Below, piece by piece: positions 20,710-29,476 of a stretch of DNA of 64,000 nt. Within the stretch, counting starts at the first letter, position 1; each line of letters starts with the position of its first letter. Below the pieces are notes generated by a model, which made no database searches, was not told where the DNA came from, and worked only from the letters and a program-made list of their open reading frames with translations. Both the position numbers and the translations under genes were made by a program. The stretch spans positions 1 through 64,000 of IMG/VR virus record IMGVR_UViG_3300033153_006411; one strand, 5' to 3'. Origin of the DNA: a virus.

Positions 20710-22016
20710 ATTTATTGATACCACATGGTAGGACCGCTGACAAATACCTAGTGCAGGCTGCACAGGATATGGATCACTGTGTCCATCTTATGTGCAACCT
20801 TCAAGAGCGCAGCCGACAGAGAGACGTGGGACGGGAATGTCTACCGGATGTATGGGTACCCCTTCCTTCGAGATATGATTTAAAACTCTCCCTCGAAGAT
20901 TATCAAAAATGGTACCACGAGCAAATCCGCACTTACGTAGCAGACCATGATATCCATGCAATACTTCCGTGCTCGTCAATGGATGTTGTCATGGATGAAG
21001 TTGCACAGATCAACGAGGACTTCACGCTACTCGGTGTCACCCCTGAACAAGCAGCATTCTTTAGGGATAAAACCGTTTATCTCCCTGCTATGATAGCAGC
21101 CGGAATTCGGGTACCTGAAATTTATGAAATAGTGGAGCCTAGTGGTGAGCCAGAAAATTACGATATCCCATATCCCTGCATCGCAAAACCCGGACTCGGA
21201 TGTGGAGGTTATGGAATTTTCATCTCAGAAGCCGAATACAACCTTCGGCGGTTTTTTGGTCATTCCGATAACACGGACGGTTTTTCCGAACGCGCTTTCT
21301 TCTACCAAGATAAAGACTTTGCCGGACGCCCCAAATCTTACCGTCACTATGGATACGGGGGTCGATACCTTATCCAAAAATATCTTACCGGACCTTGCAT
21401 CTCCCTATCGGGAACGACTGTCAATGGCGTACCTCAACTCGACTTGGTTTACGACATTGGCATCACAGACCCACCCACCTGTGCTGAAATTAACTTCGGG
21501 TGGCCGAGTATCCATCCTGAAGCCGAAGTCGCCGCTCGACGGCTTGTTGATTCTCTCAGAAAAAATAAACTGGAACCCCCCGATGGGGCGTGGATGGCAG
21601 ACGCCATCCTCCACGAAGGAGAACTCTGGCTCGTAGATTTCTCGGTACGGATGTCAAGCTCCGGTACTAAGATGCTTTACCATACTTGTAACGACCTTTC
21701 TTACCCAACCAATGTTATAAATGCGGCTCTGGGCGAAGAATGGCGAATGATAACCCCCAAACCGGTTATCCCTACCTATTATAGCTTCATCCCCTTCCCG
21801 AAGGGCAAACTTTTAAACATCCGATATCCAGACGCTAGCCAGTTGGAAGAAATCGTGCTTTCGGTTGAGGAAGGTGAGCGTGTTTTTGAAATGCGCAATG
21901 ATGTTCAGGTCGCGGACCGTGGTTGGATCGTGGCAACATCACCGAATGGAACACGTGATGACGCAGAGGATATCGTAAAAACCTTCATTAGTAACGTCCA
22001 GTACGATGTCAATTAG
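20706..22016 (+). CDS. ATP-grasp ligase
   Basis: 'FRDK', 'YPCIAKPGLGCGGYGI', 'YLIQKYL.G' and 'LWLVDFSVR'. Confidence 0.8.
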   Translation: MNLLIPHGRTADKYLVQAAQDMDHCVHLMCNLQERSRQRDVGRECLPDVWVPLPSRYDLKLSLEDYQKWYHEQIRTYVADHDIHAILPCSSMDVVMDEVAQINEDFTLLGVTPEQAAFFRDKTVYLPAMIAAGIRVPEIYEIVEPSGEPENYDIPYPCIAKPGLGCGGYGIFISEAEYNLRRFFGHSDNTDGFSERAFFYQDKDFAGRPKSYRHYGYGGRYLIQKYLTGPCISLSGTTVNGVPQLDLVYDIGITDPPTCAEINFGWPSIHPEAEVAARRLVDSLRKNKLEPPDGAWMADAILHEGELWLVDFSVRMSSSGTKMLYHTCNDLSYPTNVINAALGEEWRMITPKPVIPTYYSFIPFPKGKLLNIRYPDASQLEEIVLSVEEGERVFEMRNDVQVADRGWIVATSPNGTRDDAEDIVKTFISNVQYDVN

Positions 22017-22067
22017 TAGTAAATATCAACAACCATACCATATAGAGTAAATTTAGAGGAATTAACA

Positions 22068-22376
22068 ATGTTCATGACAGTTTCCAGATTCGCCCGAAAG
22101 AACGCGGAGCCGTGCACGCAGGCAGACATCGACACCATCATACCGGCTATGCCATCCCGCGTTGCGTATAAAGCGACATTCGATGGATTACAGACGGCGG
22201 GTGATGTCATTTATCGTTCTGGTTCTATTAATGGTGCCAATGAGATTGAGACAGTAACGCTATACCGCACCCAACAGGATTATGATACTTTCAAAATCGC
22301 TCCAGAATTGTTGGCATTTAAAAACGAACTTCTGATAATTTACAATTTAGTAGCTATTACAGAGGAAGTGATTTAA
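22068..22376 (+). CDS. Hypothetical protein
   Basis: Strong RBS GAGGA; TAAAT(A) motifs upstream. Confidence 0.6.
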   Translation: MFMTVSRFARKNAEPCTQADIDTIIPAMPSRVAYKATFDGLQTAGDVIYRSGSINGANEIETVTLYRTQQDYDTFKIAPELLAFKNELLIIYNLVAITEEVI

Positions 22377-22395
22377 TCACGATTGTGGAATACTG

Positions 22396-22947
22396 ATGTA
22401 TCCGTATATTGAATTTTTTGATTCAGAAGAAATAGGATATACAGAAGATATGCGAGAGAATCTTCTCGCAGTCGCAAAGGGGTTAACCGGCTTCGCACAG
22501 TATGAAAGTCTAGATGGTACGATTATCCAGCTAGAGCATCGGGCGACCCCCTTCGTCGAGTTCGAAATTACGAAGGCAATGCGCAACCTCATTCAACCAC
22601 AAGTTCCGGTCACCGCCGCAACATTCCTCAAACTTAATCCCGGAACCCATGTCCCTATCCATCTTGATAATCATTTATTGCGATCTACCGTATTGAGCTT
22701 CCCACTAACGCCAGAACCAGAACACTTTGCTCCGACCTTGTTTTATGAGAATGAGAGTAGTACGATACCGATTGAAGTAGGTCACTGGCACGGTCGCCCG
22801 GGCGCAATAAACACCAGAGAATACCATGCCGCTTATAATAATAGATACACGCGGATCAAGTTCCAATTATGTTTTGAAATGATGTTGGATGAATTCATGA
22901 CACTTTACCACAGCGGGGAACTTTTCCGTACACAATTAGGCAATTAA
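22396..22947 (+). CDS. 2OG-Fe(II) oxygenase-like protein
   Basis: 'PIHLD...INT..YHAAYN...R'. Confidence 0.7.
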   Translation: MYPYIEFFDSEEIGYTEDMRENLLAVAKGLTGFAQYESLDGTIIQLEHRATPFVEFEITKAMRNLIQPQVPVTAATFLKLNPGTHVPIHLDNHLLRSTVLSFPLTPEPEHFAPTLFYENESSTIPIEVGHWHGRPGAINTREYHAAYNNRYTRIKFQLCFEMMLDEFMTLYHSGELFRTQLGN

Positions 22948-23568
22948 ATGGAACACTCGTTTCAACAGCAAGTCATAGATTATGAAGGAGTCCGATTTAA
23001 CATCAGACCCCTTGAGTCATCCGATTTCAAAGAATACACACGAGTTGTAGGCACGCAAAAGGGAATCATGGAGCGCAGTCGTGGGTTGGATATTACCGAC
23101 TTCTTGTCTGAGTTTCAACAGCGCAGTAGTGGTAGAAACATACTCGTTGGTGCCTTCACTGATGAGGGTATTCTTAGATCGTGCGTGGGTATGTTCTTCT
23201 GGGACAAATTACCCGGAGTAACAGATCACACGATGGTAGTAGATCATTCCTACGCACCCCTTTTCAATCCGAAGAAAAGTGGACAATTACATATCATCAA
23301 AAGCCTACATCAGTATTGTGAATCCCAAGATCGCTATTATCACTATTGTGTTAAACATGCCGGACACATGAAAGCCGAATTGAAGATGTGGGACAAATAC
23401 ACCGATGAGTTTTTCAATAGATATGAACGGTATATTGAGTGTATTGTTCCAGCCGGAACACGTCCATCATGGGATAGTTATTGGGGTATCATGGGGAGAA
23501 TAACTTATCCCTATGATATAGCCATACACTCAGTTAGACTTAAGCAAGAATACCGGAACTACGCCTGA
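22948..23568 (+). CDS. Hypothetical protein (possible GNAT-like fold)
   Basis: 'IRPLESSDF' start and 'LVGAF' resemble GNAT beta strands; motif A not evident. Confidence 0.45.
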   Translation: MEHSFQQQVIDYEGVRFNIRPLESSDFKEYTRVVGTQKGIMERSRGLDITDFLSEFQQRSSGRNILVGAFTDEGILRSCVGMFFWDKLPGVTDHTMVVDHSYAPLFNPKKSGQLHIIKSLHQYCESQDRYYHYCVKHAGHMKAELKMWDKYTDEFFNRYERYIECIVPAGTRPSWDSYWGIMGRITYPYDIAIHSVRLKQEYRNYA

Positions 23569-24249
23569 TTAAAGAAAGGTTTTCAGATCGTCGTATAATA
23601 CTTCGGTAATTAGTACAACTCGTGGTTTCGCTGACGCGGTGTTGAGAACCCTATGATTCCATGCGGTATTAAGAAACCACATATCGCCGGAAGCTATATG
23701 TATTGATGATTCCTCTCCCCGCCTTCTGAATTCAAAACTCGAATCGTCCATATCAACTCCTATTTGAACCCTGCATATAACTGATGTGTTCAGATCAATA
23801 TGCCATGGTATCTCAGCACCGGGAGGAGTAATAGTGAGCCGTGTTTGGTAAACGGAGCCAAACATACCCTCAAGATATTTTTGGATTTCGCTGGTTCCGT
23901 CTCTCCAGTCGGTGTAGCTAATTTCTCCATCTTGATCGGTGTCTGACGCTTGTTGTTGAAGGAGCAGCAGTTTGTAATTGTCGGGCACCATATTGGCTAA
24001 CCTACAATTTTCTTTTCTGGAGATTTTGTACCTGTCCGTATTAAAATCACTAGGAGCGCCACTGGTTGCGATTTCTCGCGCTTGCTCCAGAACCGCTTCA
24101 GGAATGCCGTGGTCTAATTTAACATAGGTTGGTAAATCGTTTCGCCCCGGTCCGTTGATTCCCTTTACGTGGTTCCGGTTCAGTGATTTATTTTCTATTG
24201 CTTGCTTGGTGTGTTTGTCATCAAAGCGAATATCGTGATGGCCTGCCAT
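23569..24249 (-). CDS. 2OG-Fe(II) oxygenase (AspH-like)
   Basis: 'PWHID.NTS..CR', 'NTAWNHRV.N' and 'PRV'; paralog of 25024. Confidence 0.8.
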   Translation of the reverse strand: MAGHHDIRFDDKHTKQAIENKSLNRNHVKGINGPGRNDLPTYVKLDHGIPEAVLEQAREIATSGAPSDFNTDRYKISRKENCRLANMVPDNYKLLLLQQQASDTDQDGEISYTDWRDGTSEIQKYLEGMFGSVYQTRLTITPPGAEIPWHIDLNTSVICRVQIGVDMDDSSFEFRRRGEESSIHIASGDMWFLNTAWNHRVLNTASAKPRVVLITEVLYDDLKTFL

Positions 24250-24262
24250 GAGTTTGTCCTCT

Positions 24263-25036
24263 TTAGTCAGATCGTTGGGTTTTCATTAAACCAAATGTTT
24301 CTAGGGTTCGGGCTCCAATATCAAGTTCCCACCATTTGAAACCGTTTCTATACCGATTTGGGTACTTATGATGGTTGTTGTGCCAACCTTCACCCGGAGC
24401 GAGCATGTTCACCCACCAGTTATTGGTACTAGAGTCCGCTGGTCTGAGGTCATAAGTTCGGTATCCAAACATATGACTGATAGCGTTGACGTGGCTATAT
24501 GCATGAAATGCAAAAACCGCAGGTAGACAATAACCAAATACCATCAATAATGGATCGATCAAGAATAACAATCCCGCCCATGCGAACAGTATCTTGAAGT
24601 AGTGTTGTTGGCAGAACCTAACATGAGGGTTCTTCATTAAATCCCGAACCATTCCCTTTGGAATTTCAAATGGGTTCCATAGATGGAAGTACGCTCGCAC
24701 ACCACCAAGGATTTTTGGCGAGTGTGGGTCTTTCTCGGTATCACAATACGCGTGATGTAAACGATGGGTACCAGCCCACCCCATTGGCGTTCCGCCAGTA
24801 GCCAAACACCCACTGTAGATCATCAGAACCTCAAACCACTTGTATGTGGTGAAACTCTTGTGGGCGAGATAGCGATGAAAACCAACACTGATACCGATTG
24901 ATCCGATAACACAGTACCAGAATGCATATCCAGCAGCCCACATCCACCATGACCCATATATGAATGCGGGAATTAATGCAAGGTGATTCAGTATGTGAAG
25001 AATTCGTAGTTTGTTTGAAAAGTTTAGCTCAGGCAT
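24263..25036 (-). CDS. Membrane acyl desaturase (delta-9/DesC/OLE1-like)
   Basis: Three His boxes (HRYLAH, HRLHH, HNNHH), 'DPHSP', 'GEGWHNNHH', and hydrophobic segments. Confidence 0.92.
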   Translation of the reverse strand: MPELNFSNKLRILHILNHLALIPAFIYGSWWMWAAGYAFWYCVIGSIGISVGFHRYLAHKSFTTYKWFEVLMIYSGCLATGGTPMGWAGTHRLHHAYCDTEKDPHSPKILGGVRAYFHLWNPFEIPKGMVRDLMKNPHVRFCQQHYFKILFAWAGLLFLIDPLLMVFGYCLPAVFAFHAYSHVNAISHMFGYRTYDLRPADSSTNNWWVNMLAPGEGWHNNHHKYPNRYRNGFKWWELDIGARTLETFGLMKTQRSD

Positions 25037-25719
25037 GGCACCATATCCTCGATAGCATTATAGAAGCAGCCCGTAATAATAACGATACGGGGCTCGTCAC
25101 TCAGCACCTCAACACAGTGGTTGTATCCGGTATTTTTAAACCATACTTCCCCGGGCTTCATGACCTGTGTTTCGATTACCCCACAGCGTTCAATTTTGAA
25201 TTCTTGCACCCCTTGTATCATGATGCTTGCACGACACGCATAGTTGGTATTGGTATCGATATGCCAACCGACCGTTCCCTTCGGTGGGGCAATTGCGATG
25301 CGTGATCGAAAGTGGGGGTTGACGAATTGATTAATCAACGGCCCGAAACGGGGTTCTTGATAGTTTTGGTATTCCCACTCATCTGGAACTTCGTCTGCGC
25401 CCTCGGGGCGATCTCCGGTGGTCTGAAGTAGAAGTTGCCTGTAGGCAGGGAGACTTTGATGAAAAAAATCTTTTAACATACAGGCTTGTGCGATTTCATA
25501 AACGTCTGAATTATTAACATCGCTATAATCGTCGGGGTGACTCGCGATTCGCGTCATGACTAATTCCTTTAAGGCAAGGAAGGAAGTTTCGTCATATTCC
25601 CCAAGTTGTTGGAAGGTGGGTAACAACTTTCTGTCGGGTCCGTTGTTTCCGTGACACCGTGCTCTCATACGATGTTTATCTTGAAGTGCATATTGGCTCA
25701 TATTTGTGTTCTCCGCCAT
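25024..25719 (-). CDS. 2OG-Fe(II) oxygenase (AspH-like)
   Basis: 'WHIDTNT..ACR', 'NTGYNHCV' and 'PRI'. Confidence 0.8.
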   Translation of the reverse strand: MAENTNMSQYALQDKHRMRARCHGNNGPDRKLLPTFQQLGEYDETSFLALKELVMTRIASHPDDYSDVNNSDVYEIAQACMLKDFFHQSLPAYRQLLLQTTGDRPEGADEVPDEWEYQNYQEPRFGPLINQFVNPHFRSRIAIAPPKGTVGWHIDTNTNYACRASIMIQGVQEFKIERCGVIETQVMKPGEVWFKNTGYNHCVEVLSDEPRIVIITGCFYNAIEDMVPCLS

Positions 25720-25725
25720 AATCAC

Positions 25726-25754
25726 AATATATACCGTCGCAGTATAAGTGTCAA
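25726..25754 (-). promoter_or_regulatory. Sigma70 promoter, probably giving a leaderless transcript
   Basis: Minus strand TTGACA-N17-TATATT, then 6 nt to the ATG at 25719. Confidence 0.7.
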
Positions 25755-25808
25755 GGCTTTCAGGTATTAATATTTATCAGTAAATACACTGATAACGAGG
25801 AGCTTACC

Positions 25809-27113
25809 ATGACCAATATCGACTTACAAGTAGCATTAATGGAATCCGGTCGCATGAATCTCATGCATTTACCGTCGGGAGCCATTTCGTGGTTGTGGGA
25901 TCGTCCGACAAAACAAATTGATGCTGCCGAGTCCCTAGCGGTCGCAGCCAATGCACACGGCAACCCCGTGGTGGATGCTTCATTGTTAAAAGCTGACCAG
26001 AATGTGTTACTGATAAAATGCGAAGGAGGTGAGTCTTTTCGAATATACCCTGATGGCGGCTTTTCCCACAATGATTCACCCATGGATATCGGGGGTTGTT
26101 CGTCTGTGCTTCAAGGTATGCAGCAGGATGAGTGCCCAATGGACGACAACGGACACCAAATGCCTATGGATATGCCTATGGATATGCCTATGGATATGCC
26201 TATGGATATGCCTATGGATATGCCTATGGATATGCCTATGGTGATGGGTGAGTCCGACGAATTTAAGCCATTCGAATTAACAACATACCGGACGGATGGT
26301 GATGTATGGATAACCGGATACAATGATCTGAAGGCTGCTATATCTTTCGGCAAAGGAGAAATGGGTGATGGCGAAACCGTGGGATTTACAGTAACCGCCC
26401 CAACCAAAAATGCCTTTTCAAAACCAGAAATGTACCATCAGGAAGGCGAGGTGGCCGAGGATGCCGGTAATGATGAGCACATGGACGCAGAGGCTCCTGA
26501 GAGCGGCGTAGCGACGCCCATTGGTATGACCAACCTAGCAGGCGAACCAACCATGGACGAGGCTGACGGGGCTGGTGGTGGCTTCTCAATGGGTTCTGGC
26601 TCTGGTGCACCATACGTTGGTGACATGGCAATGGATGCTGACCCAGAACTTGAAAATCTGGTAACATCTCGTGGACTTGGTGAAGCCAGTGTTCATATGT
26701 TTCGTAACGAGAGTGACGAAGCCCTGAGCGCCCTCGCTGAAGCATTAGGTATGGATGAGTATGACCCATCGGACGATATGGTAGATGTTGAGAATATCAA
26801 TCTGGAAGTTTATGACGAATCTACCGATTCATATCAGGAATTTCCTGTCTCCGTTGAGTGGAACGTAGAACCAACTGAATACGAGGGTCAATATCTATTC
26901 TACCAAGGTAGTGCGGACGTGGAAAGTATCAACCTAGTTAACCCAATTCGGGTCAACGGGAAGGTATACCGGCAGATGGATGATGAATTGGCGGCTCTTA
27001 TTTTACAAACGTATAACACGAAAGAGACATCGTTATCGGATTACATTGCTGACCAATATGCTCACAAAATCGACATACCTCAGCACAAGTACCCAGACTC
27101 ATCACGTAATTAA
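25809..27113 (+). CDS. Acidic low-complexity protein (possible internal head protein)
   Basis: TAAATA motif and GAGGAG RBS upstream; D/E/M-rich; MPMD repeats. Confidence 0.6.
   Translation: MTNIDLQVALMESGRMNLMHLPSGAISWLWDRPTKQIDAAESLAVAANAHGNPVVDASLLKADQNVLLIKCEGGESFRIYPDGGFSHNDSPMDIGGCSSVLQGMQQDECPMDDNGHQMPMDMPMDMPMDMPMDMPMDMPMDMPMVMGESDEFKPFELTTYRTDGDVWITGYNDLKAAISFGKGEMGDGETVGFTVTAPTKNAFSKPEMYHQEGEVAEDAGNDEHMDAEAPESGVATPIGMTNLAGEPTMDEADGAGGGFSMGSGSGAPYVGDMAMDADPELENLVTSRGLGEASVHMFRNESDEALSALAEALGMDEYDPSDDMVDVENINLEVYDESTDSYQEFPVSVEWNVEPTEYEGQYLFYQGSADVESINLVNPIRVNGKVYRQMDDELAALILQTYNTKETSLSDYIADQYAHKIDIPQHKYPDSSRN
26160..26241 (+). repeat. 12-bp tandem repeat ATGCCTATGGAT (6 full copies + 10 nt) encoding (MPMD)6
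   Basis: Perfect repeat seen directly. Confidence 0.95.
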
Positions 27114-27655
27114 TTAACCTCGACAGGAAGTCCCTGACTGAGGTCGTAATATTTGCCTGACCAAAAACCAAATTGACCCTTCCGAATGCGACCTTTCCAC
27201 CAGCGGAACTTAACTCCGGCTTCTTCAAATATTCCCAGAACTTCATCATGGTCAGCATCCCATACGGCATCGTCATTGCGTGACATCTTGAATGCCATCT
27301 GACCCTCCGCGTGAACGATGATTTCGGAGATTCCCGATTGAATCACCCCACGAGCGCAGGGCGTACATGGTAACCAATTAATGTAGAGTTTGGCACCAAG
27401 GCAACTCGTACCCTTGCGTCCTGCGTTGTATATCGCATTACGCTCGGCATGCTCGAAGTATTGATATTTCAGCGGGCGCTGTTGTCTTTCAAGAGTATCC
27501 TCGATCCCTCGTGGGTACCCGTTGTAGCCGAAACTGATTGGCGTGTTGTCTTGGTCAGCTATATAACAACCTGAGTGTGTACTTTCGTCGGGGCTGCGAT
27601 CTGCAACCTCGTAGCACATGTTCATGTACATTTGATCCCACGATGGTCTGTCCAT
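27110..27655 (-). CDS. dCMP deaminase
   Basis: 'RPSWDQMYM', 'GYNGYP.G', 'HAERNAI' and 'PCTPC'. Start reassigned to ATG 27655. Confidence 0.92.
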   Translation of the reverse strand: MDRPSWDQMYMNMCYEVADRSPDESTHSGCYIADQDNTPISFGYNGYPRGIEDTLERQQRPLKYQYFEHAERNAIYNAGRKGTSCLGAKLYINWLPCTPCARGVIQSGISEIIVHAEGQMAFKMSRNDDAVWDADHDEVLGIFEEAGVKFRWWKGRIRKGQFGFWSGKYYDLSQGLPVEVN

Positions 27656-27716
27656 TTCGAATTCCAAGTTTGGTGTATAAACACATATAGTATCGTTTGT
27701 GGCACCGGTCAAGTGA

Positions 27717-27745
27717 TTGACAGACCGCCGTGTGGGTGTTATAGT
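27717..27745 (+). promoter_or_regulatory. Sigma70 promoter (divergent from the dCMP deaminase gene)
   Basis: TTGACA-N17-TATAGT upstream of 27769. Confidence 0.7.
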
Positions 27746-27768
27746 TACGGGATGAATGGAGAAACAAA

Positions 27769-29115
27769 ATGAAAACGATTCCAATAGGACCATCAATAGT
27801 GATGATGGTCGGTCCTTCTGGGGCTGGCAAGAGTACATTGATAGAAAGGCACTTCAACTCGCGTGAAGTCATTTCTACCGATGCTCTGCGCGTGGAATTT
27901 ACCGGCGACAAGCGTCGGCAAGATAAGGACGATGAGGTGCTGGCCGAGGTCAGTCGCCGTGTCGAAGCGAAAATTAATGTCGGGCAGCGCGTTGTTATCG
28001 ACGCCACCCACGTGCGCGACCAAGATCGTCGCCGCTCACTCGAACTCGGACTGATGCTGGATGTCCCAATAACCTACTTGGTGGTGAACCGGTCGGTTGA
28101 ATCCAAAATGCAAAAAGCAGGTTGGAGAAAGGACATTTACGTTAAGAAGCTCACTAGCGGAAAACTTGTTAGCCTCATCGAGGCACACGAAGATACCTTC
28201 GTAGCCAACGAACACAAAATTCTTGCCGGTGACAGTCAAGGTAAGAAAGTCACGGTTATCGATACTCGCGTGGAAGAGTTCAAAGTCGCCCGCGAACTAT
28301 CACGGGAAAATCCGGTTGAACAGTTGATATCGAGTGGTTTCAATCGCGTGCGTGTCGTCGCTGACGTGCACGGAAATCTGGAATCATTTCGTAAGGCTAT
28401 CGACGTACCCGAGGACACCTTCCTGTTGTTTTTGGGAGACCTATTGGACTACGATGTCCGTGGTATCCAGATTGTAGAACGTGTGTACAAAATGGTTCAA
28501 GAAGGCCGTGCTATCACTCTTCGTGGTAATCACGAACGGAAGATTGCGAACTGGGTTGTCAAGGAGCGTGGTAACGGTTTCGAAGGGAGTATCACTTCCG
28601 GCAACGACTTCACTGTTAATATGGTTAAGGCTATGACGCCAGCGCGTCGTGCTTTGTGGGAACGAAGGTTCCTAGCTCTGGTTGACCTGTCTCCTGATTG
28701 GATACAACTGGATCGGTTTCTATTCGTTCACGGTGCAGCACACCGCTCTATTTGGGATGATACATTATTCCGTGCAGAGGAAGAATCGAAGCGTATGGCC
28801 ATGGCCATGTTCGGTGAGTCCACAGGCAAGACCATCGGCGGTTACCCTGAGCGGTTGTACAACTGGGTTGATGATATTCCCACCCGACACACCGCTGTCG
28901 TTGGGCATGCCGTACTGTCAACCGAGGAGCCATTAACCAAAACCAATGACAAGGGTGGTAAGGCTATTTTCCTTGACACTGGTTCCTCGAAGGACATAGA
29001 TGACTTCGGTCGCGGTCCTGCTGTTCGTGGACACCTGTCATGGATGGAACTGAGCATTGGGGCTTTGTCACGCAATGGCAGCTATGTGGTGTTCGATGCA
29101 TTTGGTCGGGACTGA
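27769..29115 (+). CDS. Polynucleotide kinase-phosphatase (P-loop kinase + metallophosphoesterase; no ligase domain)
   Basis: Kinase motifs GPSGAGKST, 'STDALR' and 'IDAT'. Phosphatase motifs DVHG, GDLLD, GNHE, HG, GH and LDTG. Confidence 0.88.
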   Translation: MKTIPIGPSIVMMVGPSGAGKSTLIERHFNSREVISTDALRVEFTGDKRRQDKDDEVLAEVSRRVEAKINVGQRVVIDATHVRDQDRRRSLELGLMLDVPITYLVVNRSVESKMQKAGWRKDIYVKKLTSGKLVSLIEAHEDTFVANEHKILAGDSQGKKVTVIDTRVEEFKVARELSRENPVEQLISSGFNRVRVVADVHGNLESFRKAIDVPEDTFLLFLGDLLDYDVRGIQIVERVYKMVQEGRAITLRGNHERKIANWVVKERGNGFEGSITSGNDFTVNMVKAMTPARRALWERRFLALVDLSPDWIQLDRFLFVHGAAHRSIWDDTLFRAEEESKRMAMAMFGESTGKTIGGYPERLYNWVDDIPTRHTAVVGHAVLSTEEPLTKTNDKGGKAIFLDTGSSKDIDDFGRGPAVRGHLSWMELSIGALSRNGSYVVFDAFGRD

Positions 29116-29461
29116 AAAACCACACAACCAACGTCGCGTATGGTTTGCATACGCGATGTTGGTTTTAATGAACATCATCGACGTGGTGTTCACCCGCACA
29201 GCCCTCTTCGTGAACACCACTGAAGCCAATCCCGTTATGAACCACATGTACCAGAACTTCGGTATATGGGGTATAATTGCCGTGAAGATATTTTTCCTGA
29301 CATTACTCGGATTCACGATTAAACACCTCCCACAACTACATGCAGGTTACCGAACAGTATTTTATTGCGCAGTTGGAATCTACGGATTACTGGCTGCTTA
29401 CCACGCATACTGGTTATTCGGAATAGACCCCCGATGGATAAGTAATATACACTTTGGATAA
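29057..29461 (+). CDS. Small membrane protein (EANP-motif, DUF5658-like); start uncertain
   Basis: 'D...T...EANP.M' with 3 hydrophobic helices. Confidence 0.6.
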   Translation: MGLCHAMAAMWCSMHLVGTEKPHNQRRVWFAYAMLVLMNIIDVVFTRTALFVNTTEANPVMNHMYQNFGIWGIIAVKIFFLTLLGFTIKHLPQLHAGYRTVFYCAVGIYGLLAAYHAYWLFGIDPRWISNIHFG

Positions 29462-29476
29462 TTGGAGAAATTAATT

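Noticed and set aside
26029-26407. (CLWI)n and (GISI)n ORFs
   Set aside because: They are alternative-frame readings of the 12-bp repeat inside the 25809 gene.
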